Assembly (NCBI GenBank): GCA_039917855.1
Contig: JBDSIR010000058.1
Location: forward strand, 317 to 64,316
Origin: Gemmatimonadales bacterium
GTDB lineage: Bacteria > Gemmatimonadota > Gemmatimonadetes > Gemmatimonadales > GWC2-71-9
Length of the DNA stretch: 64,000 bases
Reading direction: 5' to 3'
Both the position numbers and the translations under genes were made by a program. Within the stretch, counting starts at the first letter, position 1. Each line of letters begins with the position of its first letter. The notes under the pieces were generated by a model. The model saw only the letters and a program-made list of their open reading frames with translations. It made no database searches and was not told the origin of the DNA. Below are positions 17,917-26,609 of the stretch, one piece after another.

Positions 17917-20079
17917 ATGTCCCTCCGCTCCACCTTTTCCCGCTGGTGGCACACCCCGAAGATCCGCACCTGGATCGTGACGGTGACGCTGGCCGGCGCC
18001 GGTTTCGCCTGCTCGCTGCTTTGGGGCGCCTGGCACCGTGCGTGCCTGAACAACGCCTGCCCATCGGTGACGGCGGTCGAGGGGTGGGACCCCGACCAGG
18101 CGTCGAAGGTCTACGCCGCCGACGGTCGACTTATCACCGACCTGGGCGGTGAGCGCCGCACGGTGGTGCCGCTCGACCAGATCTCTCCCGCAGTCCTCGC
18201 CGCCTTCCTCTCGGTCGAGGACAAGCGGTTCTATTCGCATCACGGCATCGACTGGATCCGGGTGGTCGGCGCGGCCAAGGGGATCCTCCTCAGCGGCCGG
18301 ATCTCGGGGGGCGCGTCGACCATCACGATGCAGCTGGCGCGGAATCTCTGGCCCGGCGAGATCAGCGGCCAGGACCGGTCACCCCGACGGAAGATCCGCG
18401 AAGCACAGTTGGCGCTCGAGCTCGAGCGCCGGTATTCCAAGGACAAGATCCTCGAGCTCTACCTCAACCAGATCGACCTCGGCAACCGCGCCTTCGGCGT
18501 CGAGGCCGCGGCCCAGCGCTATTTCGGCAAGTCGACGCGCGACCTGAACGTGGCCGAGGCGGCGACCCTGGCGGCGCTGCCGAAGGCGCCGTCGGCCTAT
18601 AATCCGCGGAAGTTCCGGGCCCGGGCCATTCAGCGCCGCAACGTCGTGATCAACCTGATGCGCAGCAACGGCGCGCTGTCGCCCGAAGATGCGGAGCGGT
18701 GGAAGGCGTACCCCCTGGTCCTCTCCAGCCGGTCGGACTTCAGCGAGGTGGCGCCGTACTTCACCGAGTACGTCCGCCAGCTGATGTCGGCGCGATTCGG
18801 ACCCGAGATCTACACCAGCGGACTTCGGATCTACACCACCCTCGACCTCGAAGTGCAGCAGGCCGCGGAACGCTCGCTCGAGGCGCAGCTCCAGGCCATC
18901 GAGGGGGGTGTGATCTACGGGCCGTATCCGCACAAGACCTACGCCCAGTATCTCCAGGAGCGGGCCGACAAGGACGAAGTGGAACCGCCGTCGTCGAGCC
19001 CCTACCTCCAGGGGATGGTCGTCTCGCTCGATCCGAGGACCGGCTACATCCGGGCGATGGTGGGTGGGCGCGACTTCGAGGACAGCAAGTACAATCGCGC
19101 GGTCCAGTCGCGGCGCCAGCCAGGATCGACCTTCAAGCCGTTCGTGTACAGCGCCGCCCTCCGCGCCGGCCACCCGCTCTCCGAGATCCTGGTCGACGAA
19201 CCGCTCAGCGTGCCGAACATGGGTCCCAACCAGGAACCCTGGGAACCGCAGAACTACGACAACCAGTTCCGCGGCCCCCTCACGCTCCGCCAGGCGCTGA
19301 CGATGTCGAACAACATCGTCACCATCCGGCTCGGCATGGAGGAGGTCGGCGAGCAGGCGGTGATCGACGAGGCCACCCGCTTCGGCATCACCACCCCGAT
19401 CCCCGCGGTGCCCTCGATCCACATCGGCTCCGCCGACGTGCAACCGCTCGAAATGGTGGCCGCCTACACCGCGTTCGCCAACCTCGGGACCCGGGTGATG
19501 CCGACCGCGATCCTCCGGGTCGAGGACCGGCAGGGGAACATCCTCTGGCAGCCCCAGCCCCGCACCACTCAGGTGATGCCGCGGAACCAGGCGTGGCTGA
19601 TGGTCGACGTGATGCGTGACATCATCCGGAGTCCGTACGGCACCGCCTACGCGTCCACGACCGGTCAGGGACTCCGCGTCCCGGCCGGCGGCAAGACCGG
19701 CACCACCGACGAGGGGACCGACGTCTGGTTCATCGGCTTCACCCCCGATCTCGTCACCGGATTCTGGATGGGGCTCGACAAGCCGGAACGGATCAAGAAC
19801 AACGCCGCCGGCGGCATCCTCGCCGCGCCGGCGTGGACCGCGATGATGCGCGACGTCTATGATCGCCGCTCCACCCCGACCGATCCCTGGCCTCGGCCCG
19901 ATTCGCTGGTGATCGCCGAGATCGACAAGTCGACCGGCGAATTGGCGTGGCCGTACTGCCCCAGGGAGCTCCACCTCGTGGAGTCATACCTCCCGGGCAC
20001 CGAGCCCAAGGAGTACTGTCACCTCCACGCGCTCAATCCCCTCGGCGGGTCGGCGCTCACCGGCTCGCCGCCGCCCTGA
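17917..20079 (+). CDS. mrcA: penicillin-binding protein 1A (bifunctional transglycosylase/transpeptidase)
   Basis: GT51 motifs EDKRFYSHHGID and RKIREA. Transpeptidase motifs STFKP, SNN, KTGTT. Confidence 0.9.
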   Translation: MSLRSTFSRWWHTPKIRTWIVTVTLAGAGFACSLLWGAWHRACLNNACPSVTAVEGWDPDQASKVYAADGRLITDLGGERRTVVPLDQISPAVLAAFLSVEDKRFYSHHGIDWIRVVGAAKGILLSGRISGGASTITMQLARNLWPGEISGQDRSPRRKIREAQLALELERRYSKDKILELYLNQIDLGNRAFGVEAAAQRYFGKSTRDLNVAEAATLAALPKAPSAYNPRKFRARAIQRRNVVINLMRSNGALSPEDAERWKAYPLVLSSRSDFSEVAPYFTEYVRQLMSARFGPEIYTSGLRIYTTLDLEVQQAAERSLEAQLQAIEGGVIYGPYPHKTYAQYLQERADKDEVEPPSSSPYLQGMVVSLDPRTGYIRAMVGGRDFEDSKYNRAVQSRRQPGSTFKPFVYSAALRAGHPLSEILVDEPLSVPNMGPNQEPWEPQNYDNQFRGPLTLRQALTMSNNIVTIRLGMEEVGEQAVIDEATRFGITTPIPAVPSIHIGSADVQPLEMVAAYTAFANLGTRVMPTAILRVEDRQGNILWQPQPRTTQVMPRNQAWLMVDVMRDIIRSPYGTAYASTTGQGLRVPAGGKTGTTDEGTDVWFIGFTPDLVTGFWMGLDKPERIKNNAAGGILAAPAWTAMMRDVYDRRSTPTDPWPRPDSLVIAEIDKSTGELAWPYCPRELHLVESYLPGTEPKEYCHLHALNPLGGSALTGSPPP

Positions 20080-20083
20080 CCGG

Positions 20084-21343
20084 ATGACCGCTCTCCGCCT
20101 CTCGGCCGACTGGGTGGTGACGATGGACGGCGCTCCCATCCACGGGGGCGCCGTCGTTGTTGGCGCGGAGGGCCGGATCATTGGCGTCGAGGATGGTGGG
20201 CAGGGGGCCGGGACGACGGCTGGGTCGGTGTCCCATGCGTCGGACCGGCCCCCTGCCCACCACACCATAGTCCTCCCCGGACTCGTCAATGCCCACTCGC
20301 ACCTCGAACTCACCGGGCTCGATGGTCAGGTCCAGGACGACGACTTCCCCACCTGGATCCGCCACATCATCCAGATCGTCGCGGGGCGCAGCCACGACTC
20401 CTTCGTGGCCGCCGCCAAGCAGGGGATCCGCGAAGGGTGGGCGCGCGGGGTCACCACGGTGGCCGATTGTGGTTCGACGGGTGGGGTGATGCAGGCGCTG
20501 CGTGAGCTCGACGCCAGCGGCATCGCCTACCACGAGATCTTCGGCCCCGATCCCGACCAGGCCGACACCGCGCTCGAGGCGTGGGCCCTCAGACTGGTGG
20601 AGCTCCGCAGGTTCGAAACGCCGCGGGCCAGGCTCGGCGCCTCGCCGCACGCCCCGTATACGGTGAGCGGACCGCTGTATCGCCTCGCGACCACGCACGC
20701 ACGCAAGGAAAAGCTCCCAATCGCCGTGCACGTGGCCGAATCACCGCTCGAGGAGCGCTTCGTGCGCGCCGCCGCAGGAGGATTCGCCGAGGGCCAGCGA
20801 GTCCGAGGCCTGAGGCCCGAGGCCCGAGGCGTGAGTCCGGTGGCGTGGCTTGAATCTCACGGGGTGTTCGGCCCCGATTGCGTCGCGATCCATTGCTGCA
20901 CCGTGAACGGCGATGACATCGAGACCCTCGCACGCCGTGGCGCCGCGGTGGCGCATTGCCCCCGGTCGAATCGGCGGCACCACCAGCTCGACGCGCCGCT
21001 GGCCCAGATGATCGGTGTCGGACTCCGGGTCGGGGTGGGGACCGACTCGGTGGCGAGCGTCAGCCCCTTCGACCTGTTCGCGGAAGTGCGCGCCGCGCGC
21101 GCTTTGGCGTCCCTCGATGCCCAGGAGGCGCTCGCGCTCATCACCCTCGGCGCCGCCCGCGCGATAGGACTCGGCGCCGAGCTCGGTTCGCTGGAGGCGG
21201 GGAAGTGGGGAGATCTGGTGGCGCTTGAGGTGCCGGCGGTCGAGGGTGCGGAGCAACTGTTCGAAGCGATCCTGGCGAGTAGCGCCGGGGATGTCTCCGG
21301 CACCTGGCTGGGGGGACGGGAAGTCTATCGGCGAAACGTTTGA
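20084..21343 (+). CDS. amidohydrolase-family metal-dependent deaminase/chlorohydrolase-like protein
   Basis: NAHSHLE, HVAES and GTDS motifs. Carries an in-frame heptamer repeat at 20799-20839. Confidence 0.7.
   Translation: MTALRLSADWVVTMDGAPIHGGAVVVGAEGRIIGVEDGGQGAGTTAGSVSHASDRPPAHHTIVLPGLVNAHSHLELTGLDGQVQDDDFPTWIRHIIQIVAGRSHDSFVAAAKQGIREGWARGVTTVADCGSTGGVMQALRELDASGIAYHEIFGPDPDQADTALEAWALRLVELRRFETPRARLGASPHAPYTVSGPLYRLATTHARKEKLPIAVHVAESPLEERFVRAAAGGFAEGQRVRGLRPEARGVSPVAWLESHGVFGPDCVAIHCCTVNGDDIETLARRGAAVAHCPRSNRRHHQLDAPLAQMIGVGLRVGVGTDSVASVSPFDLFAEVRAARALASLDAQEALALITLGAARAIGLGAELGSLEAGKWGDLVALEVPAVEGAEQLFEAILASSAGDVSGTWLGGREVYRRNV
20799..20839 (+). repeat. In-frame heptamer tandem repeat (GAGGCCY x3-4) flanked by direct GAGTCCG copies, inside the amidohydrolase CDS
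   Basis: GAGTCCG AGGCCTG AGGCCCG AGGCCCG AGGCGT GAGTCCG, which encodes ..RVRGLRPEARGVSP.. Confidence 0.8.
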
Positions 21344-21354
21344 TTATTCGGTAT

Positions 21355-21372
21355 ACTGGATGAGTATTCAGG
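21355..21372 (+). promoter_or_regulatory. weak ARG-box-like sequence upstream of argR
   Basis: ACTGGATGAGTATTCAGG versus the consensus TNTGAATWWWWATTCANW (about 12 matching positions). Located in the only AT-rich patch of the intergenic region. Confidence 0.25.
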
Positions 21373-21374
21373 TC

Positions 21375-21404
21375 GCATCCGCATCCGCATCCGCATCCGC
21401 ATCC
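21375..21404 (+). repeat. (GCATCC)5 hexanucleotide microsatellite in the argR leader
   Basis: Five perfect tandem copies ending 20 nt before the argR ATG. No complementary arm nearby. Confidence 0.95.
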
Positions 21405-21423
21405 GCCTTCCCCGGCCCACTCG

Positions 21424-21882
21424 ATGAAGCCAAGACGCCAAGCCCTCATCCTCAAGCTCATCAGCGAAGAACGGCTCGAAAATCAGGAGGCGCTGAAGGG
21501 CGCCCTCCTTCGCCACGGCGTCGAGGCGACCCAAGCCACGCTCTCGCGCGACCTCCGCGAGCTCGGCCTCGTGAAGCTTGCCGACCCGGCGGGGGGGAGC
21601 TTCTACGCCCGGCCCGGTGACGCGACCGGGGCCGCGGGCCCCAAGCCGCAGCTCGCCCGCCTGCTTCAGTCGCTGTTGCACGCCGTGGACGGGGTCGGTC
21701 CTTTCGTCGTGCTCCGGACCGCCGCAGGATCGGCCGGTGCGGTCACGGCCGCGCTCGATCAGGCTGGCTGGGAGGAAGTGATCGGGACCATCGCCGGGGA
21801 TGACACGGTGCTGGTCATCACCCGGTCGGAGAAGGCCCGCAAAGCGGTCGCCGATCGACTGCGTTCGGTGGCGAACGCGTAG
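21424..21882 (+). CDS. argR: arginine repressor
   Basis: MKPRRQALILKLISEERLENQEAL..ATQATLSRDLRELGLVK winged-helix domain and C-terminal GTIAGDDTVLV oligomerisation motif. Confidence 0.85.
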   Translation: MKPRRQALILKLISEERLENQEALKGALLRHGVEATQATLSRDLRELGLVKLADPAGGSFYARPGDATGAAGPKPQLARLLQSLLHAVDGVGPFVVLRTAAGSAGAVTAALDQAGWEEVIGTIAGDDTVLVITRSEKARKAVADRLRSVANA

Positions 21883-22006
21883 GGCAAGGGGCTAACGCCC
21901 CAGGCCCCCACCCCGTCTGCAGGCCCCCTTCCACCCGCACCCCGCTGTTATTAGGCTAAGTGCATCGGCCGCTGGCGTTTGGCGACCCTTTCCGGAGGCT
22001 TTTGAC

Positions 22007-22555
22007 GTGCGTTGTCTTGCCTTGAATGCTTCGTTCGAACCGCTGACCATGGTCCCGCTTCGGCGCGCCCTGCGCTTGGTCATCGAAGGCAAGGCGGAGA
22101 TCATCGAAGCCGACAGGGGGGAGTACGTCCGAAGTGCGAGCCTGAAGGTCCCCAGGCCCGCGATCATCAGGCTCGTCCGCTTCGTGCACGTTCCCCGCAG
22201 ATTCCGCCGCCAGGTCACCAACACCTTCCTCTTCGCCCGCGACGACTACCACTGCATGTACTGCGGCCGCACCCCGCATGAGTTCAAGCATCGGGAATGC
22301 CTTACCCGCGACCACCTGGTGCCGCTCAGCCGCGGCGGCGGGAACGAATGGACCAACGTCGTCACGGCCTGCTCCACCTGCAACACCCGGAAGGGGAGCC
22401 GCCTGCCGGACGAATGGGGGATCCACCCGCTCAAGCCTCCGGTCGAGCCCCACTTCGTGCACCTCGCCTGGGCCGTCCGGAAGCTCACCGGCCTGCAGGC
22501 CAAGTACATCCGCGCCTTCTACGGCGAAGAGGCCCTGCGCGCCCTTGGCGGGTGA
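22007..22555 (+). CDS. HNH endonuclease-domain protein
   Basis: GTG start 8 nt after GGAGG. CMYCG...DHLVPLSRGGGNEWTNVVTACSTCNTRK. Confidence 0.75.
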   Translation: MRCLALNASFEPLTMVPLRRALRLVIEGKAEIIEADRGEYVRSASLKVPRPAIIRLVRFVHVPRRFRRQVTNTFLFARDDYHCMYCGRTPHEFKHRECLTRDHLVPLSRGGGNEWTNVVTACSTCNTRKGSRLPDEWGIHPLKPPVEPHFVHLAWAVRKLTGLQAKYIRAFYGEEALRALGG

Positions 22556-22763
22556 GCAGTGAGCAGTGAGCGGTGAGCGGTAAGAGGTAAGAGGTGAGAG
22601 GGGAGGGGACGGTTCCGACAAGCGGAGCCCTCCCGAGCGAAGCGAGGGACCTACTGAGCGATGCCCGGTAGGTCCCTCACTGCGTTCGGGACGGCCCCGC
22701 TATTCATCGTCCCACCGCTCACCGCTCACCGCTCACCGCTCACCGCTTACCGCTTACCGTACC
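22551..22763. repeat. Composite element: heptamer arms (GTGAGCA/GTGAGCG/GTAAGAG vs CACCGCT/TACCGCT) enclosing an AGCGAGGGACCTAC palindrome
   Basis: Left arm 22551-22604, inner palindrome 22631-22692, right arm 22712-22763. Lies between the convergent stops of the HNH gene (22555) and the DUF4390 gene (22754). Confidence 0.85.
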
Positions 22764-23404
22764 GTGAACTTGCCCGTCCGCTCTTCGATCCGGAGGCTCG
22801 GCAGCCCCGACACCGACAAGAGCGCCCGGCGGATGGCGTTGGTCACCGCGCTCCCGATCGGCTCGCTCCCCGTGGCCGCGGGCCCGACCTCACCGGAGAG
22901 GAATTGCTCCAGCTCCTTGATGTCGCTGTCGGAGAGCGTGGAGACCTCGAGTGCCACGACGTAGTAATACTCCCCCGCCTCACGCGGGCCCACCCGCACC
23001 TCCCGCGGGATGTTGAGGCCGATCGCCAGCGCATCCTTTCCCGCATACCGATAGGCCCTCTGGGAGAACCGGAACACTTCGCCCACCTGGTACTGGTCCA
23101 GGAGCGGTTCATGCCGGATCACGAGATCCCATTCGGTCTGCCGCACGAACGCATCGAACCAGTTGCCGCGGGAGCGATAGATCTGCAGCCGGTAATGGAG
23201 CCGGACCGGGAATCCCGACGCCAGCATCGACGCCACGCGCGGGTCGGTCAACAGTTCCGTCGTCCGCACCACCGGATGAAAGGTCCGACCGCCAGTGTCC
23301 GCCGTGAGGCTCACCGAAAGGTCGACGCGGCCATTCCCCTGTGCCTCGACGGAGGCAGCCCCGAGCACGAGGCCGAGGACGAGGAGGATGAGCGCGCGAG
23401 GCAT
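22754..23404 (-). CDS. DUF4390-like secreted protein
   Basis: Track ORF trimmed to MPRALILLVLGLVLGAASVEAQ (signal peptide). Last gene of the HK-RR-OMP operon, with a 1-nt overlap on the OMP stop. Family assignment is from memory of the typical HK/sigma-54-RR neighbourhood. Confidence 0.5.
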   Translation of the reverse strand: MPRALILLVLGLVLGAASVEAQGNGRVDLSVSLTADTGGRTFHPVVRTTELLTDPRVASMLASGFPVRLHYRLQIYRSRGNWFDAFVRQTEWDLVIRHEPLLDQYQVGEVFRFSQRAYRYAGKDALAIGLNIPREVRVGPREAGEYYYVVALEVSTLSDSDIKELEQFLSGEVGPAATGSEPIGSAVTNAIRRALLSVSGLPSLRIEERTGKFTVR

Positions 23405-25206
23405 CAGAACCGGCGCTGTAGCCGGATGAAGAACCGCACCGGCTGGCCGTCGGAAAGCGCCTTGCTCAGGTACGCCCCGATCCCGCCGGCATCGAGGCCG
23501 ATACCGACGTCGTAGAGCCACTCGGCGAGTGTGGGGATCCGCGCGTCCGGCACCCGCCCGGGGCCGTCGCCAGTGAGCCACGCTTTCCCCATGTCGGCAT
23601 GCACCACCAGGTCGACTTGGTCGAGGCCGAACGCCTGTTCCACCTGGCTGCGGTCGCGATAGCGATACAGCAGGCCGAGGTCGAGCCGACTGCGGAACTC
23701 CGCCTGCAGCGTCAGCGATCGGTCGCAGAGCGCCGGCTGGGCTGGGTCGGCGGGTGCCCCCTGGTTGCAGGTCGACCAGCGGAAGGCATAGCCGGGCAGC
23801 ACCCCTGGCCCACCGAGGGAGAGCCGCTGTTGCATCGGCAGCGGATCGCCACCGAGCCACCCGCCGCCCACGAGGCGGAGGTTGATCCGCATCGCCGGGG
23901 TCAGGCGATTGTACGCCCGCGCGTCGAACCAGATCCGGTGAAAGGCATAGGAGCCGTCGGTCGGGATCGCATCGCGCACGGTCGGAGGCAGATCGAGTGG
24001 GGCCACGTTCTCGCTGGCCGACCGCTCCCAGTTCAGGCGGATCCACATCCCGGAGTTGGCGAGCTGGCTCTCGTTCCGGGTGTCGTAGGTGAACCCGAGG
24101 TGGACTGTCTTGTACCGGCCGTCGTCGATGAGCGGGTTCGGGCGCCAGCTCTCGTCGGAACGGAAGAGCGTCCAGGGGTCATTGGCCGGGAGCGAGCGCT
24201 GGCTCTCAGTGAGCCAGCCTCCTTCGACGCGGAATGACGACCCCGCCCAGTAATAACCGTAGAGCGAGAGCCCCTCGTTCAGGAAGTAGTCGCGATAGTC
24301 GCGGTGCAGGAGGAGCGTCGACCACCCGACCTCGCTGCGCGAGAGCGGCTGGTCTTCGATCGCCTTCACCAGTTGCGAGGCCCGGACGCCGAGACCCCAC
24401 CCATGGCGCCACGAGGACCCGTCGATCAGGTCGAAATGGGCGTCGTAGCCGACCTGCTCCCCGAGCTGCGTCGGGTCGCCGGCGGTGCGGACGATGCCGA
24501 GCAGCTCGAGCGTCGCCTTGCGGTCAGGGGTCGGGCGATAGGTGAACCGGGGACCGAGGGTGATCGGTAGTCCTTCGACGCGGTCATAGGTGCCGCCGCT
24601 CGACAGGAAGATGGTGGTGTTCACCTTCCCGGTCTGGAACGACCGCTGGGCGCCGCCGAATTCGAGGATCGCTCGGCGTCGTTCGCGCACGGCCAAGGAG
24701 CCGTCGGCCTGCCGCACGACCGGTGCGGCGTCTGGGTATGCCTCGACCTTGCCCCGGAGGGCGCCGGCCGTGTCGCCCAGCACCTGGCCCCCCACCACCA
24801 GGACGTCGCCGGTGATCGTCCCGCCGGAGAGGAGTTCGAGGTCGCCATTCACGACCAGGACGGGACCCTCGACCGTCCCCGCGACCCGGAGCGGCCCGCG
24901 CCACATGGCCACGCCACCCGCGAGCCTCGTTCCGGCGGGAAGCGTGACGATCCCTTCGAGTCGGGTCGTGCCCGTGGCGTTGAAGAAGGTGAGGGCCCGC
25001 TGCAGCACGTCGCCCGGCAGGCCGGGACGCTGGGCCACCGGGGTGGCAGGCGCGTCGGGATCGATGACGATGACGGAGTCCTGCGCGGTCGCGGCAGCGA
25101 GCGGAGCGCAAGTCAACAGTGCCAACAATAGGTGACCGGTGACCAGTGACCGGTGACCGGGCCTTGCGAGCCGATGCCCGCCGTACGATCGGCGTGTGTT
25201 CCTCAT
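23404..25206 (-). CDS. outer-membrane beta-barrel protein (Omp85/surface-antigen-like) with bactofilin-like N-terminal repeat region
   Basis: Signal-like LLLALLTCAPLAAATAQ. N-terminal G-x-V/L repeats (GTVEGPVLVVNGDLELLSGGTITGDVLVVGGQVLGD). C-terminus FFIRLQRRF ends in an aromatic residue, as in the OMP beta-signal. Start uncertain because it lies inside hairpin 25131-25254. Confidence 0.6.
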   Translation of the reverse strand: MRNTRRSYGGHRLARPGHRSLVTGHLLLALLTCAPLAAATAQDSVIVIDPDAPATPVAQRPGLPGDVLQRALTFFNATGTTRLEGIVTLPAGTRLAGGVAMWRGPLRVAGTVEGPVLVVNGDLELLSGGTITGDVLVVGGQVLGDTAGALRGKVEAYPDAAPVVRQADGSLAVRERRRAILEFGGAQRSFQTGKVNTTIFLSSGGTYDRVEGLPITLGPRFTYRPTPDRKATLELLGIVRTAGDPTQLGEQVGYDAHFDLIDGSSWRHGWGLGVRASQLVKAIEDQPLSRSEVGWSTLLLHRDYRDYFLNEGLSLYGYYWAGSSFRVEGGWLTESQRSLPANDPWTLFRSDESWRPNPLIDDGRYKTVHLGFTYDTRNESQLANSGMWIRLNWERSASENVAPLDLPPTVRDAIPTDGSYAFHRIWFDARAYNRLTPAMRINLRLVGGGWLGGDPLPMQQRLSLGGPGVLPGYAFRWSTCNQGAPADPAQPALCDRSLTLQAEFRSRLDLGLLYRYRDRSQVEQAFGLDQVDLVVHADMGKAWLTGDGPGRVPDARIPTLAEWLYDVGIGLDAGGIGAYLSKALSDGQPVRFFIRLQRRF

Positions 25207-25254
25207 TGCGATCCCTCCCTAAGCCCGGTCACTGGTTACGGGTCACTGGTCACC
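25131..25254. repeat. Oligomer-arm hairpin (GTGACCG/GTGACCA heptamer arms), no cargo
   Basis: Left arm 25131-25160, right arm 25225-25254, 64-nt centre. Lies between the RR stop (25254) and overlaps the annotated OMP start (25206). Confidence 0.85.
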
Positions 25255-26609
25255 TACAGTCCGAGGCGCCGCATCCGCCGATACAGATTCGCCCGATCGG
25301 TGCGGAGGGTCCGCGCTGCTTCCGCGACATTCCCACCCGAGCCGGCGAGCGCGTTCCTGATCAATTGCCGCTCGTACTCATCCAGCGCATCTGAAAGCGG
25401 CCGATCGGGCGCCTCAGGGACGGTCGCTGAGGCCCGGGGCCAGGGGCCCGACGCCTGCGGCAATACCGCCGCGACCGCCTCGACCCCGATCTCCGCTTTG
25501 CCCCCGCTCACGATGATCAGGCGCTCGATGATATTCGCCAGTTCGCGCACGTTGCCGGGCCACTGATAGGCCGCGAGCGCGGCAAGGGCATCGCGGGTGA
25601 ACCTCGGCGTCCCGACCGGACGCACCCGGTGCGCCAGGTGGGCGACCAGGTCGGGGAGATCCTCGAGCCGGTCGCGCAGAGGCGGGAGCTGGATGGGGAA
25701 GACGTTGAGCCTGAAATAGAGATCCTCCCGGAATACTCCACTCGCCACCGACTGCTCCAGCTGTCGATTCGTCGACGCGAGGACCCGCACGTCGACCCGC
25801 TCCGCTCGTTCGGCACCGACGCGCTGCAGCTCCCCGGTCTCGAGCACCCGGAGCAGTTTCGCCTGGGCTTCCAGGCTCAAGTCGCCGATCTCGTCGAGCA
25901 GGATGGTGCCGCCGTCGGCCAGCGCGAAGCGGCCGAGCCGGCGCTCGGTGGCGCCGGTGAAAGCGCCGCGCTCATGCCCGAAGAGCTCCGACTCGACCAA
26001 CTCCCGCGGGATCGCCGCACAGTTGACCGGAATAAAGGGGCGCTTGGCCCGCTTGCTCCCGCGGTGGATCGCGGCGGCCACGAGTTCCTTTCCCGTGCCC
26101 GACTCGCCGGTGATGAGCACCCGCGTGTCGGTCGGCGCCACCTGCGCGATCTGCTCCTTGACCCGCGCCATTCCGCGCCCGACGCCGATGAGCTCTCCCG
26201 GGGTCGCTACCTGGGTGCGGAGCACACGGTTCTCGAGCTGGGTACGTCTCAGCTCGAGCGCCGACCGCAGGGTGACCAGCACCGCTTCCGGGCTCAGTGG
26301 CTTCTCCAGGAACTGGAACGCACCGAGCTGTGTGGCGCGCACCGCATCGGAGAGCTGGGCCTTCCCGCTCATCATGATCACCGGTGCCTCAAGTCCTCGC
26401 GCCCGCATCGCCTCGAGCGTCGCGAGCCCGTCGGGCCCCGGTGGCATCATCAGGTCGCAGAAGGCGGCATCGGGGTCGAGCTTCTCCAGCTCGATCAGCG
26501 CCGCATTCCCATTTCCCGCCTCCACGACCTCGAACCCCTCGGCGCGCAGCAGCGCGCCGAGCATCCGGCGGATGTTGGGTTCGTCATCGATCAACAGGAT
26601 GGTAGGCAT
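25254..26609 (-). CDS. sigma-54-dependent response regulator (NtrC family)
   Basis: REC domain plus AAA+ domain (GESGTGKE, GAFTGA, ESELFGHERGAFTGA context) plus C-terminal HTH (GNVAEAARTLRTDRANLYRRM). Confidence 0.9.
   Translation of the reverse strand: MPTILLIDDEPNIRRMLGALLRAEGFEVVEAGNGNAALIELEKLDPDAAFCDLMMPPGPDGLATLEAMRARGLEAPVIMMSGKAQLSDAVRATQLGAFQFLEKPLSPEAVLVTLRSALELRRTQLENRVLRTQVATPGELIGVGRGMARVKEQIAQVAPTDTRVLITGESGTGKELVAAAIHRGSKRAKRPFIPVNCAAIPRELVESELFGHERGAFTGATERRLGRFALADGGTILLDEIGDLSLEAQAKLLRVLETGELQRVGAERAERVDVRVLASTNRQLEQSVASGVFREDLYFRLNVFPIQLPPLRDRLEDLPDLVAHLAHRVRPVGTPRFTRDALAALAAYQWPGNVRELANIIERLIIVSGGKAEIGVEAVAAVLPQASGPWPRASATVPEAPDRPLSDALDEYERQLIRNALAGSGGNVAEAARTLRTDRANLYRRMRRLGL

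Noticed and set aside
22007-22555. HNH endonuclease, NYN nuclease, patatin lipase and the RecA-like ATPase at the left edge as parts of a defence island
   Set aside because: They are scattered over 30 kb among housekeeping genes. Each sits in its own apparent transcription unit, with no clustering, no mobile-element markers and no compositional shift.
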